Shown here: positions 51,181 through 63,477 of the stretch, in pieces
Layout of the letters: each line of letters opens with the position of its first letter
Position numbering within the stretch: position 1 is the stretch's first letter
Assembly (NCBI RefSeq): GCF_036971445.1
Contig: NC_091473.1
Span: 255,502,001-255,566,000 of the forward strand
DNA length: 64,000 nt
Reading direction: 5' to 3'
Source of the DNA: Narcine bancroftii
Taxonomy: Eukaryota
Notes under the pieces: generated by a model
The model's database searches: none
Told to the model about the DNA's origin: nothing
The model's input: only the letters and a program-made list of their open reading frames with translations
Program-made: the position numbers and the translations under genes

Positions 51181-51310
51181 CTCTGACGTCACAACGCCGC
51201 GGGCGCAGTGACGTCAGGCGGGTCCCGGCCGCCGACTGGGCTGAACCTCTTGTCCTCGTGTTGTGGGCGGAGAATGAAGTTGACGTCACATGGGTCACGT
51301 GGGTAGAATA
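51150..51310. promoter_or_regulatory. Bidirectional YOD1/PFKFB2 promoter with three full CRE palindromes and an E-box
   Basis: TGACGTCA at 51184, 51209 and 51281; GTCACGTG at 51294; CpG island; divergent splice donors at 51128 (-) and 51332 (+). Confidence 0.75.
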
Positions 51311-51331
51311 TGTCGCTGCGGCCGAGGAAAG
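51310..51331 (+). CDS. PFKFB2: Candidate PFKFB2 exon 1 coding part (MSLRPRK, phase 1)
   Basis: ATGTCGCTGCGGCCGAGGAAAG|gtagga joins in frame to the exon at 63266 (G+CA=Ala, then [10 protein letters not shown]). It could instead be a non-coding exon. Confidence 0.5.
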
Positions 51332-51498
51332 GTAGGAGGGAATGATGGGCCGGACGGTCGCCCGCCCGGGTCAAGGGATCGAGCGAGCATTCTCCCTGGA
51401 TCCAGGGAACCGACAGGCCGCTGGGACAGAGGGAGGGAACGAGTCAGCACCCGGGAAGGGGAAGGGAGAGAGGGAAGGAGATGGGAGAGAGAGGGAGG

Positions 51499-51687
51499 NN
51501 NNNNNNNNNNNNNNNNNNNNNNNNNNNNNNNNNNNNNNNNNNNNNNNNNNNNNNNNNNNNNNNNNNNNNNNNNNNNNNNNNNNNNNNNNNNNNNNNNNNN
51601 NNNNNNNNNNNNNNNNNNNNNNNNNNNNNNNNNNNNNNNNNNNNNNNNNNNNNNNNNNNNNNNNNNNNNNNNNNNNNNNNNNNNNNN
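51499..51687. other. Assembly gap (N run) within a purine-rich GGA/GAGG low-complexity tract
   Basis: Run of n flanked by GA-rich sequence at about 51455-51795. Confidence 0.99.
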
Positions 51688-51934
51688 GGGGGAAGGAGAG
51701 GTGGAAGGAGGGACAGAGAGAAAGGAGGAAGGAAGGAGGGAGAGAGGGAAGGAGTTGGGGAGAGAGAGGGAGGGGAAGGGGAGGGAGAGAGAGAGATGAC
51801 TAATGTATCTTTAATCAAAAAGGGAATAAAAGGATAATCCAGAAGAATATAAATCTGTATGCCTCATATCAGTGGTAGGGAAACCATTGTATAGGTGACT
51901 CGGGGCTAGGAATGCAAAATCTGCAGGTGCTGTG

Positions 51935-54900
51935 ATTCTTTCTTTCTTCTTCTTTTCTTTGGCTTGGCTTCGCGGGTGAAGATTTATGGAGGGGGTAAAA
52001 GTCTACGTCAGCTGCAGGCTCGTTTGTGGCTGACAAGTCCGATGCGGGACAGGCAGACACGGCTGCAGCGGTTGCAGGGGAAAATTGGTTGGTTGGGGTT
52101 GGGTGTTGGGTTTTTCCTCCTTTGCCTTTTGTCAGTGAGGTGGGCTCTGCGGTCTTCTTCAAAGGAGGTTGCTGCCCGCCAAACTGTGAGGCGCCAAGAT
52201 GCACGGTTTGAGGCGTTATCAGCCCACTGGCGGTGGTCAATGTGGCAGGCACCAAGAGATTTCTTTAGGCAGTCCTTGTACCTTTTCTTTGGTGCACCTC
52301 TGTCACGGTGGCCAGTGGAGAGCTCGCCATATAACACGATCTTGGGAAGGCGATGGTCCTCCATTCTGGAGACGTGACCTACCCAGCGCAGTTGGATCTT
52401 CAGCAGCGTGGATTCGATGCTGTCGGCCTCTGCCATCTCGAGTACTTCGATGTTAGGGATGAAGTCGCTCCAATGAATGTTGAGGATGGAGCGGAGACAA
52501 CGCTGGTGGAAGCGTTATAGGAGCCATAGGTGATGCCGGTAGAGGACCCATGATTTGGAGCCGAACAGGAGTGTGGGTATGACAACAGCTCTGTATACGC
52601 TAATTTTTGTGAGATTTTTCAGTTGGTTGTTTTTCCAGACTCTTTTGTGTAGTCTTCCAAAGGCGCTATTTGCTTTGGCGAGTCTGTTGTCTATCTCGTT
52701 GTCGATCCTTGCATCCGATGAAATGGTGCAGCCGAGATAGGTAAACTGGTTGACCGTTTTGAGTTTTGTGTGCCCGATGGAGATGTGGGGGGGCTGGTAG
52801 TCATGGTGGGGAGCTGGCTGATGGAGGACCTCAGTTTTCTTCAGGCTGACTTCCAGGCCAAACATTTTGGCAGTTTCCGCAAAGCAGGACGTCAAGCGCT
52901 GAAGAGCTGGCTCTGAATGGGCAACTAAAGCGGCATCGTCTGCAAAGAGTAGTTCACGGACAAGTTGCTCTTGTGTCTTGGTGTGAGCTTGCAGGCGCCT
53001 CAGATTGAAGAGACTGCCATCCGTGCGGTACCAGATGTAAACAGCGTCTTCATTGTTGAGGTTTTTCATGGTTTGGTTCAGCATCATGCTGAAGAAGATT
53101 GAAAAGAGGGTTGGTGCGAGAACGCAGCCTTGCTTCACGCCATTGTTAATGGAGAAGTGTTCAGAGAGCTCATTGCTGTATCTGACCCGACCTTGTTGGT
53201 TTTCGTGCAGTTGGATAACCATGTTGAGGAACTTTGGCGGGCATCCGAGGCACTCTAGTATTTGCCAAAGCCCTTTCCTGCTCACGGTGTCGAAGGCTTT
53301 GGTGAGGTCAACAAAGGTGATGTAGAGTCCTTTGTTTTGTTCTCTGCACTTTTCTTGGAGCTGTCTGAGGGCAAAGTCCATGTCAATAGTTCCTCTGTTT
53401 GCGCGAAAGCCGCACTGTGATTCTGGGAGAACATTCTTGGCGACACGAGGTATTATTCTATTTAGGAGAATCATAGCAAAGATTTTGCCTGCAATGGAGA
53501 GCAGTGTGATTCCCCTGGAGTTTGAGCAGCCTGATTTCTCGCCTTTGTTTTTGTACAGGGTGATGATGATGGCATCACGAAGGTCCTGAGGCAGCTTTCC
53601 TTGGTCCCAGCAGAGCATGAAAAACTCATGCAGTTTGGCATGCAGAGTTTTGCCGCCAGCCTTCCAGACCTCTGGGGGGATTCCATCCATACCTGCTGCT
53701 TTGCCACTTTTCAATTGTTCAATTGCCTTATATGTCTCTTCCCGGATGAGGACCTCATCCAGCTCTAGCCTTAGGGGCTGTTGAGGGAGCTGGAGCAGGG
53801 CAGATTCTTGGACTGAGCGGTTGGTACTGAAAAGAGATTGGAAGTGTTCTGACCATCGGTTGAGGATGGAGATCTTGTCGCTGAGGAGGACTTTGCCTTC
53901 TGAGCTGCGCAGCGGGCTTTGGACTTGGGGTGAGGGGCCGTACACAGCCTTTAGAGCCTCATAAAAACCCCTGAAGTCGCCAATGTCCGCGCTGAGCTGG
54001 GTTCGTTTGACGAGGCTAGTCCACCACTCATTTTGGATCTCCCGGAATTTGCGCTGAAGATGGCTGCATGCGCGACGGAAGGTTAGTTTCTTCTCTGGCC
54101 AGGACGGCTTTGCAAGTTGAGCCTGGTGGGCAGCTCGCTTCTTTGCCAGCAGCTCCTGGATTTCCTGGTTGTTTTTGTTGAACCAGTCCTTGTTTTTCCT
54201 GGAGGAGAAGCCCAGTACCTCTTCAGTGGATTGCAGTATGGTAGTCTTCAGCTGATCCCAGAGGGTTTCAGGGGACGAGTCCGTGAGGCGGATTGCATCG
54301 TCGAGCTTTGCTTTGAGGTTTGCCTGGAAGTTTCCTCTCACTTCGTCTGACTGCAGGTTTCCAACATTGAACCTCTTTGTGGGGGCTTTACTGTTCCTGG
54401 ACTTTGGCTTGAAGTGAAGGTTGAGCTTGCAGCGAACCAGCCGGAGGTCAGTGTGGCATTCCGCGCTGGGCATGACCATGATGTGGAGCACATCTCGTTT
54501 GTCTCTTTCTCGCACCAGGACGTAGTCCAGGAGGTACCAGTGTTTGGTTCGGGGATGCATCCAGGTGGTCTTCAGGCTGTCCCTCTGCTGAAAAAGGGTG
54601 TTTGTAATGACAAGCCGCTGTTCTGCGCAGAGCTCCAACAGGAGGCGCCCATTGTCGTTGCACTTGCCGACACCATGCTTGCCCAGGATTCCTGGCCAGG
54701 TTTCTGTGTCTTTGCCGATGCGAGCGTTGAAGTCGGCTGTAGGGGTGCGTTGAATGAGGTTGCGCAGATCAGTGTAGAACTTGTCCTTTTCTGCTGGTTC
54801 CGCCTGGAGGGTTGGAGCATAGACACTGATGAGGGTGATGCGACGCTTGTTTTGAAGGGGGAGTCGCATGGACATGATCCGGTCCGAGTGGCCTGTTGGG

Positions 54901-54942
54901 AGGTTTTCTAGTTTGGAGGCAATGGAGTTCTTGACCATGAAG
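51935..54942 (-). mobile_element. RTE-clade LINE, 5'-truncated and young; APE endonuclease (partial) plus RT in one reading frame broken by a single nonsense codon at 52515
   Basis: 807-aa ORF with SVYAPT, DFNAR, LLDYVL, PESQCGFR, FVDLTKAFDTV, GVKQGCVLAPTLF and LLFADD. The ORF at 52008-52436 continues in the same frame (LRWVGHVSRM, C-terminal CxxC...H). Short 3' UTR ends in an (AAG/AAAG)n tail. Confidence 0.95.
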
Positions 54943-56114
54943 CAAATATGCTGGAGAAACTCAGCTGGTCAGGCAGCATTCTTTATGTATCAAAGATAGA
55001 TACATAACCAACATTTCAGGCCTGAGCTCTTCGTTGAGGTAAAAAGCAGGCAGTGCAAGAATAAAATGGTGGGGGCAGTGGGCCACAGGCAAGAGGCCAT
55101 AAATGAATATGAGTGGGAGAGCACAAGAGCAAGAAGTAGAGAGATTATATGTGGAGGGTATAGCTATCTGAATGGAAAGGGTAGGGGATCAGGTGGTGGA
55201 GGGAATCAATGGTTGGAGAAGTCCTGGGGAATGGAGGTTGGGAAAGTCAGAGGGTAGAGGCGGCAGGTAGGGAATGTTAGGGAGGTGGAGGGTAGGGGAC
55301 TCGGAGGGGAGTTGAGAGGAGATGGTCTTAATGCTAGGAGGTGGGAAGAAGGGGGAACTCAGATAGGAGTTGGAGGGACTGAGGGTCGGGGGGGGAAGAA
55401 AGGGGGAGCTCAGAGGGGAGTTGGGGGGTAGATGAGTGGCTCTGTGGGTTGGGGGAGTGGGACAAAAGGATAGGATTTGTGCTACCTGTAATTTGTAAAC
55501 TTGTGGTCAGATTTTGGACTGCTGAAGGTCATGTCTTAATTTTTCTGAGGAGGTCACAAAGAAGATTGTGTGTTGGGCTGTGGATGTTTGTCACATGGAG
55601 TTCAGTAAGGCATTAAACAAGTTACCCACTATCGGTGACTCTCTGGTGTAGATGTAAAAGATTTATGGTGTGTTGATAGTTTGGATGTGCACCAACAAGA
55701 AGATGTTGATCGCTGGAGGCCTGTGAGCAGAGGTGTTGGGATCTCTGTTCATTATGTAAATGACTTGGACAAGCGTCACAGTCGGTATTAGCACAACACC
55801 ATTACAGCACCAGTGACCGGGACCGGGGTTCGAATCTCCCACTGTCTGTAAGGAGTTTGTACGTTTTCCCCATGTCTTCGGTGGGTTTCCTCCACTGTTC
55901 AAAATGTACCTGAGGATCTTGGTTAATTGGGTGTAATTGAGTTGCACGGGCTCATGGGCTGAGAGGGCCTGTTACCGTGCTGTATGTCTTAAAAAAAAAT
56001 TTAAATTTAAAAAAAGTAGATGGGTGGATTAGTAAATTTGTAGATGACCAAGATTGGTGGAGTTGTGCACAATGTAGAGCACTATAAGAAAATACATAGG
56101 ATTTAGATCAGGAC

Positions 56115-59100
56115 AGAAATTGCACCGGAGACTTAATCAAAATGGCTCGGGAGGTTCTGAGTGACATCATGACGTCACGATGCGATGACGTCATTCGGAA
56201 CGTGCGGGGTTTTAAAAAGTTGTGCGTGACTGCTTGAGTAAACGACTTTCATTGAACTTCGACTCGACTATGTCTGATCACTTTCTCGTTCTTCATTTTG
56301 CACTGTGACACAGTTGCTACAATGGTGACCTTGATGGGCCCCAAATGCATTTTGGACCCATCATGGACAATGCAGCGGTTTCGCTCAAACTACCTGTCTT
56401 TTGAACCTTTAGCATGAAGTTTGGTTCAGGCAGGCTGAGGCACAGTTCCACATTCGCAAGATAGAAGTGGAGGCCACTAAGTACTATCATGTGGTAATTG
56501 CCCTCAGTCAGGACACAGCTGGTCGAGTAGTGGATTTCCTTTGGGAACCATCAGCTCTCAGCAAGTATGAAGCCCCAAAGCCCCCCTCCTCTGGTTTTAT
56601 GGTCTTATATGGCGCAAACAAGCTGCACAGCTCCCCCATACCAATGGGCTGGGACCATGCCCTTTCAGAGTTAATGAATGACATGCTGGCACTGGCAGAT
56701 GGCCATAGACCTTGTCTGCTCTTTGAGAAGTTGTTTTTGGAACATATGGCAGAGACATCGCACCATGTTGGCTGAAGAGGACTTTGATAACCCTCAAACA
56801 GTGGCTGCCTGTGTAGACAGTCTGTGGTGCACGAAACAGAAATTATTCCTGCATCACACCCAAAGGCCCAGGCTCCACAAGTACCGGCAACGAGGGTACA
56901 CGTTCCCCTGGACAAGTACGACTCTGTGACAACCACCTGGTATTTTTATCATCAAAACTGGGGTTCTGGAGCTTGCCATTGCCAACCCCCTTGCACTTTT
57001 CTGGGAAACCCCATAGCTAGTTGTCGCTAATGTCTATGGTGGCTGGCCACTGTAACAGCCTACTCGACATCTGGGATGAACTCACCCAGCGCAAATTTAT
57101 AGTCAACCCGGGTGTGGAAGTTATTGTCCATCCTCCTTCAGGCTGTGATACCTGTTCCAGGAGCACGGGTCTGGCGCTCACTGCAGTGAATAACAGTTTG
57201 ATTTGTATGTATGGCACGCAGACTATAGCCTTGAAATTTGGTGACAGAATGTTCACATGGAAGTTCATTCTTGCTGATGTGTCCCGGCCATGGCTGGGTG
57301 CCAACTTCCTCAGAGCTCACTCACTGATGGTGGACTTAAATGGGCGCCGGTTGGTGAACACCACCATGTTCCAGACTTGCCACCTTAGAAAAGCCAAACT
57401 ATACGCCCCGCACCTAGCCGACGAGGAGTATGTGAACAACGAATTTGCCAAACTTCTTGAGGAGTTTTCGAATATTGTCACTCCCCAGTTCACACTGCCA
57501 CACCCAAACATGGCATCGCACACCACATCCTTATGCAAGGACCTCCTCTACGTGCCCGAGCCCGACACCTGCTGCCTGACAAGTTGCAGCTTGTAAAACA
57601 AGAGTTCCACAAAATGGAAGAACTTGCAATCATACATAGGTCTGATAGCCCGTGTGCTTCTCTACTATATATGGTACCCAAAGCCACAGGAGGCTGGAGA
57701 CTTTGCGGGGATAACAAGTGTCTCAATGACACTACCACTGCAGACCGCTACCCTGTGCCCCATATACAGGACTTTACAGCTGATCTTCATGGGGCCCAGA
57801 TATTTTCTAAAACTGACTTGGTGTGTGGGTATCACCAAATACCTGTAAACCTGGAGAATGTGCCCAAGACCATCGTCATAACACCATTCAGCCTCTTCGA
57901 ATATTTGACAAAGCCTTTTGGGCTCTAAAATGCTGCACAAACATTCCAGAGGCGGATGGACGCAGTGGGGCATGCATGAACTTTCTTTTTGTATACTTGG
58001 ACAACATACTCTTCCCCAGCCACTCCCACAAAGAGCACCTGCAGCATCTGTGCTTTCTCTGCCATCGCCTACAGGAGTTCAGGCTGTGGACCCTGCCAAG
58101 TGCAAATTCGGACAGTCCTCTATCGAGTTCTTGGGACATAAGATCAGTAGCCGGGGTGTCGTTCCATTGCCTAGCAAGGTGGAAGCCATCCTCAAATTCA
58201 CAAGGCCCGGAACCATCAAAGGACTCCAGGGATTTAGTAGGGATGGTCAATTTCTATCACCGCTTTCTACCCTCTGCAGCTCATATTATGAAACCCCTCT
58301 TCAACCTCGTGTCCAGTGATGCCAAAGAACTGGTGGACAAAGGAGACGACGATAGCAGACCAAAGACGCCCTCGCAAAGGCGCAACATTGCTGGTCCATC
58401 CACAAATGAATACACAACTGCCTTGACGATAGATGCGTCTGTCCCAGCACGAGGCGAGGTCTTGGAATAATACACCAATGCACAATGGAAGCCTCTTGCA
58501 TTTTTTAGTAGGCACCTCTGCCCTCTGGAAACAAAATACAGCACACTCGATAGGGAACTGCTGACGCTGTTCCTAGCAGTCAGACACCTGCTATTTTTTG
58601 GAAGGCAGGGACTTCACAGTTTTTCCTGATCACAAACCACTAATGTTTGCAAAGGCATCAGATCCCTGGTCAGCCTGACAGCAAAATCACCTATCTTGCG
58701 TCTCCGAGTTTTCAACTAGGGTTAAACATATCTCCGGTAAGAGCAATGTGGCTGATGCCCTGTCCCATTCCTTCATTCAAGCAGTACGTGCCCTCTCTCT
58801 GGGTGTAAACTATATGGCACTCACCAAAGCTCAGCACCAGAATGACAAACTCCTGGCTTTTAGAACTGCTGTCACAAGCTTGCAACTAAAGGATGTAGTC
58901 TTTGGGCTGCAAGGTACTGTTTTCCTGTGCGATGTTTCCACAGGTCAGCCTTGCCTTATCGTCCCTGCTGTGTGGAGACGTTGCATTTTCAATGCCATTC
59001 ACAGATGGTCCCACCTCTCCATTTGAGTGACGGTCTGCCTGAGAGCTGACAAGTTTGTATGGCATGGTCTCAGAAAACAGGTCACATACTGGGCAAAGAC

Positions 59101-60193
59101 GTGCACGGACAGCCAATCTGCTAAAGTGCAAGGCACGTGAAGGTGCTGCTTCAGCCTTTCCAGCCACCGGAGCACAGATTCGACCAGGTGCATGTCGACA
59201 TTGTCAGCCCGGTTCCAGTGTTAAGAGGATCGAGGTACTTATTAACAGTACTTGACAGATTCACTAGGTGCCCAGAGGCGGTTCCTATGATGGACTCATC
59301 GACCGATTCATGCTCCAGAGCTTTTATTTCTGCCTGTGTATCTCGGTTTGACCTACCCACACACATCGCCTCCGCACTCTGGGACGTTTTCTCGCGACTG
59401 CTGGGAATGCAGCTCCACCACATGACAACCTTCCACCCACAGTCAAATGGTTTGCTGGAGCGGTTCCTTAGGCAAATGAAGACTGTACTGATGGCCTGCC
59501 TCCAGAATGGGTGCTCGAGCTGCCCTGGATCCTCCTGGGAATAAGAACAGCACCCAAAGAGGATCTCAACTCCTCATTGGCCAAGTTGGTTTATGGAGCT
59601 CCGCTCATTGTAGCTGGGGAGTTGGTGCCCAGAGCGCGCAGACTAGAGGTGCCTCCGATTGAAGTCTGAGGCAGACTACGGGAGCATCTTGGAAAATTGG
59701 CCCCAGTTCCCACGTCAAGGCATAGAACAATGACACCCTCATCCCAAAGAAACTCCAGGACTGAGTTTGTTGGTGGAGATGCACACGGGTCACCCTTACA
59801 GAGGCCGTATGAGGGCTCCTTCGGAGAGCTACGAAACAATTGTACAACTTGTGTACTGGACATTGGGGGCATCCAGGGACATCTACAATGCTCATCTCGA
59901 CCTCGATTGGGTTTTGCCATGACCCCTGATGCAAAGGTGTGGGTGACCGCCCAAGAGCGGTGGACACTAAAGGCACCAGAGATTTAGCCTCCCATTGCCA
60001 GTTCTGTGGGGGGGGGGGTAGGGGGCAAGTAGTGGCTCAACAAAGGCTTAATCGAACCGGCTCGATTACATCATTTGGAATGCGTGGGGTAAAACGCCGC
60101 GCGTGACTGTTCGAGTAAACTACTTTTACTGAACTTCAACAACATCTGATCATTTTCTCCTTCTTCATTTCGCACTGGAATACAGTTGCTACA
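56115..60193 (+). mobile_element. Full-length but decayed Gypsy/Ty3 LTR retrotransposon (5' LTR about 56115-56321, 3' LTR about 60028-60193)
   Basis: Both LTRs end ...CAGTTGCTACA. PBS TGGTGACCTTGATG at 56323 resembles the tRNA-Trp PBS. G-rich PPT at about 60008-60027. Gag, protease remnant, RT (DRYPVPHIQD, VYLDNIL), RNase H and integrase (HVDIV, DRFTR, HPQSNGLLERF) occur in Gypsy order with many frameshifts and stops. Confidence 0.93.
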
Positions 60194-60299
60194 ATGTATT
60201 AAATTTCAACATATTAGCAGGTTTAGAAATGAATTAACGCCATGCCTACTGAGAGATATCCCAGGCTAGTGGGGGAGGCAAGGGCAGAGAATGCTGGAG

Positions 60300-61290
60300 C
60301 CTGATAGATTTTCACCTTTACTAGCTCAATGACGGGAAGATAGTGAATATGTTAGCCTTATTCAAAAAGGGGAGCATGGTTGGTGTAGTGGTTAGTGCCA
60401 CACCTTTACAGCACTAGGGAACAGGACTGGGATTCGAATCCCTTGATGTGTATAAGGAGTTTGTACGTTCTCCCAGTGTCTGTGTGGGTTTCCTCGGGGC
60501 CTTCGGTTCCTCCCACTGTTCGAAACATACCGGGAGTGTAGTAGGTTAATTGGCTGTAAATTGGGAGACCCGGGCTTGTGCGTTGGAATGGCCTGTTACC
60601 GTGCTTTATTTAAAAATTTTAACCATAAGCCAGTTAATTGTAGCCCTTTGAGTTGTTATCAGTGCCAGGAAATTTGTGGAATAATGATCCTGAGGGACAG
60701 GATTAAACTACACTGGGAAACAGGATTGATCAAGGATGCCATGATTGTTTGAAACTCAATCTGGCACACTTGATTTTTTTCAAAAATGATGTGATGTGGT
60801 CTGCATCAACTTTGGTTGGGCTTTTGCCATGTTCCCACAAGGGACACTGGTCCAAAAGGTTATAGCCCCATGGGATCCAGGGCAAATGTAATCCAAAGTT
60901 AGTCGGTGAATGGGAGATGGTGAGGGTTCTATGTAATTGGAAACTTTGGATCAGTGGTGTGCCACAGGTTTTGATGCAGGGACCATGAACAGTCTGGATG
61001 TGAATGTAGGAGGGATGTAAGATGGTAGATGACATAAAAATCTTTGGTGGTGTTTAATAGCAGGTGGAATTTAAACCTAGAAAATGCAAGGTGATTTATT
61101 TTGGGACAACTCGGGTTGATTAAACACAATGAATAGGATATTGAGAAATAGAGGAAAGCTCAGTGTACAACTCCAAGAATCCTTGAAGATGGTGAAGTGG
61201 GTGTGTGAAATACTTGGTTTAATTGAGGGATAGAGCAGGGAGGTTATGGTACAATTATAAAACATTTGTTGGATCACAACTCAAGTGTAT
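60300..61290 (+). mobile_element. Degraded CR1 RT-region fragment containing a SINE; related pieces at about 55480-56110
   Basis: Remnants of SGVPQG and DDxKI motifs. Confidence 0.6.
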
Positions 61291-62714
61291 TGTAGGGCCT
61301 ATGTGACTCTGACAGCAAATGTCTCCCTCCCTGACAAATTAGTAAGGAGGAACACAAAGCTGGAAGGATTTATTTTTAGTTTGGCAGGCAGTGGTTGCAG
61401 AAGTTGCAGAATCTCCTCTTTGGATGGGAATAAATCAGAACTCTGCTAGGAGGTGGTATGGCACAAATCTGAAGGACAACCGAAATTGAAACAGGAGATT
61501 GGAGGGCTAAAAACAAAATGGCGGTGCTGCTTTAATGGCTGGTGCAGACCCATGGAGAGCAGGGAGTGGAGAAACAGCACTCTTTCGCAGGGTCCAACCG
61601 CCCAGTCCAAATGCTTTGAACGGCTCATTAAAGGAGGCGACGGTAGTTTTATATAAAATCCCAAGACCACGGGGTCTGGGCCCAAGATGGTGGGCCTATG
61701 ATCAGCTGCAACCACAAGGTATTGGGGGGGGGGGTGGGGGTGGTGGAAGCAGAACAACTACCATGTCATTTGGCGTAATACAAACAGACGAGATTAGTGT
61801 AAGTCGATATCACGATTGGCACACGTAAGTGGCCAAAAAGTGTCTATTTCAGGGTTGAGTGATTCTATGAAATAAAACCGTTAGTTCATGAGACCATTCA
61901 GTAACTAGTAGTCAACAAACACATGCAATAGCAGATAAATAGGAAAATACTAACCCTTTGTAAAATCAAAGGGAAAGATTCATAGTTCTATAAATAAAAG
62001 GTTTTCTTAAGTATAAAATTGAAACCAAATACGATAAATAGGAAAAGCTTATTTCCTTAGTAGAGGGGTTGTAAAGGAGTCAGGATTAGGTTTCTCTGTA
62101 CGTCTCTATCAACTGTATGAAAAAAAACATAAAAATTATTTATGTTAGATGAGGTGAAAAGAAAACAAGGTTTTTACTGAAATGTGCTGTGCCCCCCAGG
62201 GGGGCTGTCACGCCACAGTTAAGAATGGCAGGTCATGGAAGAGTACAACACAGGAGCAGGCTCTTTGCCTCACAGTGTCAGCACCCAGCAGTGTTGAAGG
62301 GGTTGAAGAGGAGGGTGTGGATTTGAAATGATTGCTGGCCTGCTGCAATATATTCAAGGACACACTACCTGAAAGGTGATAGAGTCAGAACCCCTCATAA
62401 AATTACAAACTGGGTTTCTTTTCCCCACAAGTGTTGTCTGACCCAATGAGTTTTAAGAAAATTTGGTTTCAGCATGGTAGCTAATTCTGGCCATTTAAAC
62501 CTGTGCTTTGCCATTACACCCAAATCAGCCTACAACCTTGTATGTGTTGGAGGATGGGAGGAAACCGGAGTACCTGGGGAAAAACCCTGCAGACACGGGG
62601 AGAATGTACAAATTCATTACGGTCAGCACCAAATTTGAACCTGGGTCGCTGGCGCTGTTTAGAGTCACTGTAACTGTTACCAACCAATTTTCCACCAACA
62701 TTATTTTCTATTCA

Positions 62715-63100
62715 AGATTTGGAGATCTGCAGCCTCTTGCCATTAGAGATTTGGAGATCTGCAGCCTTTTGCCGTTACAGATTTGGACCCTCTTGCCGTT
62801 ACAGATTTGGACCCTCTTGCCGTTACAGATTTGGACCCTCTTGCCGTTACAGATTTGGACCCTCTTGCCGTTACAGATTTGGACCCTCTTGCCGTTACAG
62901 ATTTGGACCCTCTTGCCGTTACAGATTTGGACCCTCTTGCCGTTATAGATTTGGACCCTCTTGCCATTACAGATTTGGACCCTCTTGCCGTTACAGATTT
63001 GGACCCTCTTGCCGTTACAGATTTGGACCCTCTTGCCGTTACAGATTTGGACCCTCTTGCCGTTACAGATTTGGAGATCTGCAGCCTCTTGTCATTACAG
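62715..63100. repeat. Minisatellite: 12 x 24-bp AGATTTGGACCCTCTTGCCGTTAC flanked by 32-bp variant units
   Basis: Directly visible; the 24-mers span 62779-63066. Confidence 0.97.
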
Positions 63101-63240
63101 GATTAACTATAGCCTACTCTGTCACAGTTCAACAATTTTTTAATTATAATGTTTTGTAAAAAATGGATCTGCATTTGTGATGTTTGTGTTGACCAAACCA
63201 ATTCTTATTATATTGCTCAGATCTTCTCAATGAGCACTGA

Positions 63241-63477
<237 letters not shown>

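Noticed and set aside
49867-51335. Pro/Arg-rich repetitive ORFs (TLPPPLRAQA)n
   Set aside because: These are translations of the 30-bp minisatellite with non-ATG starts, frameshifted by variable C-runs.
60375-60445. tRNA gene (A-box/B-box like)
   Set aside because: It is the head of a multi-copy SINE, with no complete cloverleaf.
62715-63100. CRISPR-like 24-32 bp repeats and repetitive ORFs
   Set aside because: No unique spacers and a eukaryotic intronic context. The ORFs arise only because the unit length is a multiple of 3.
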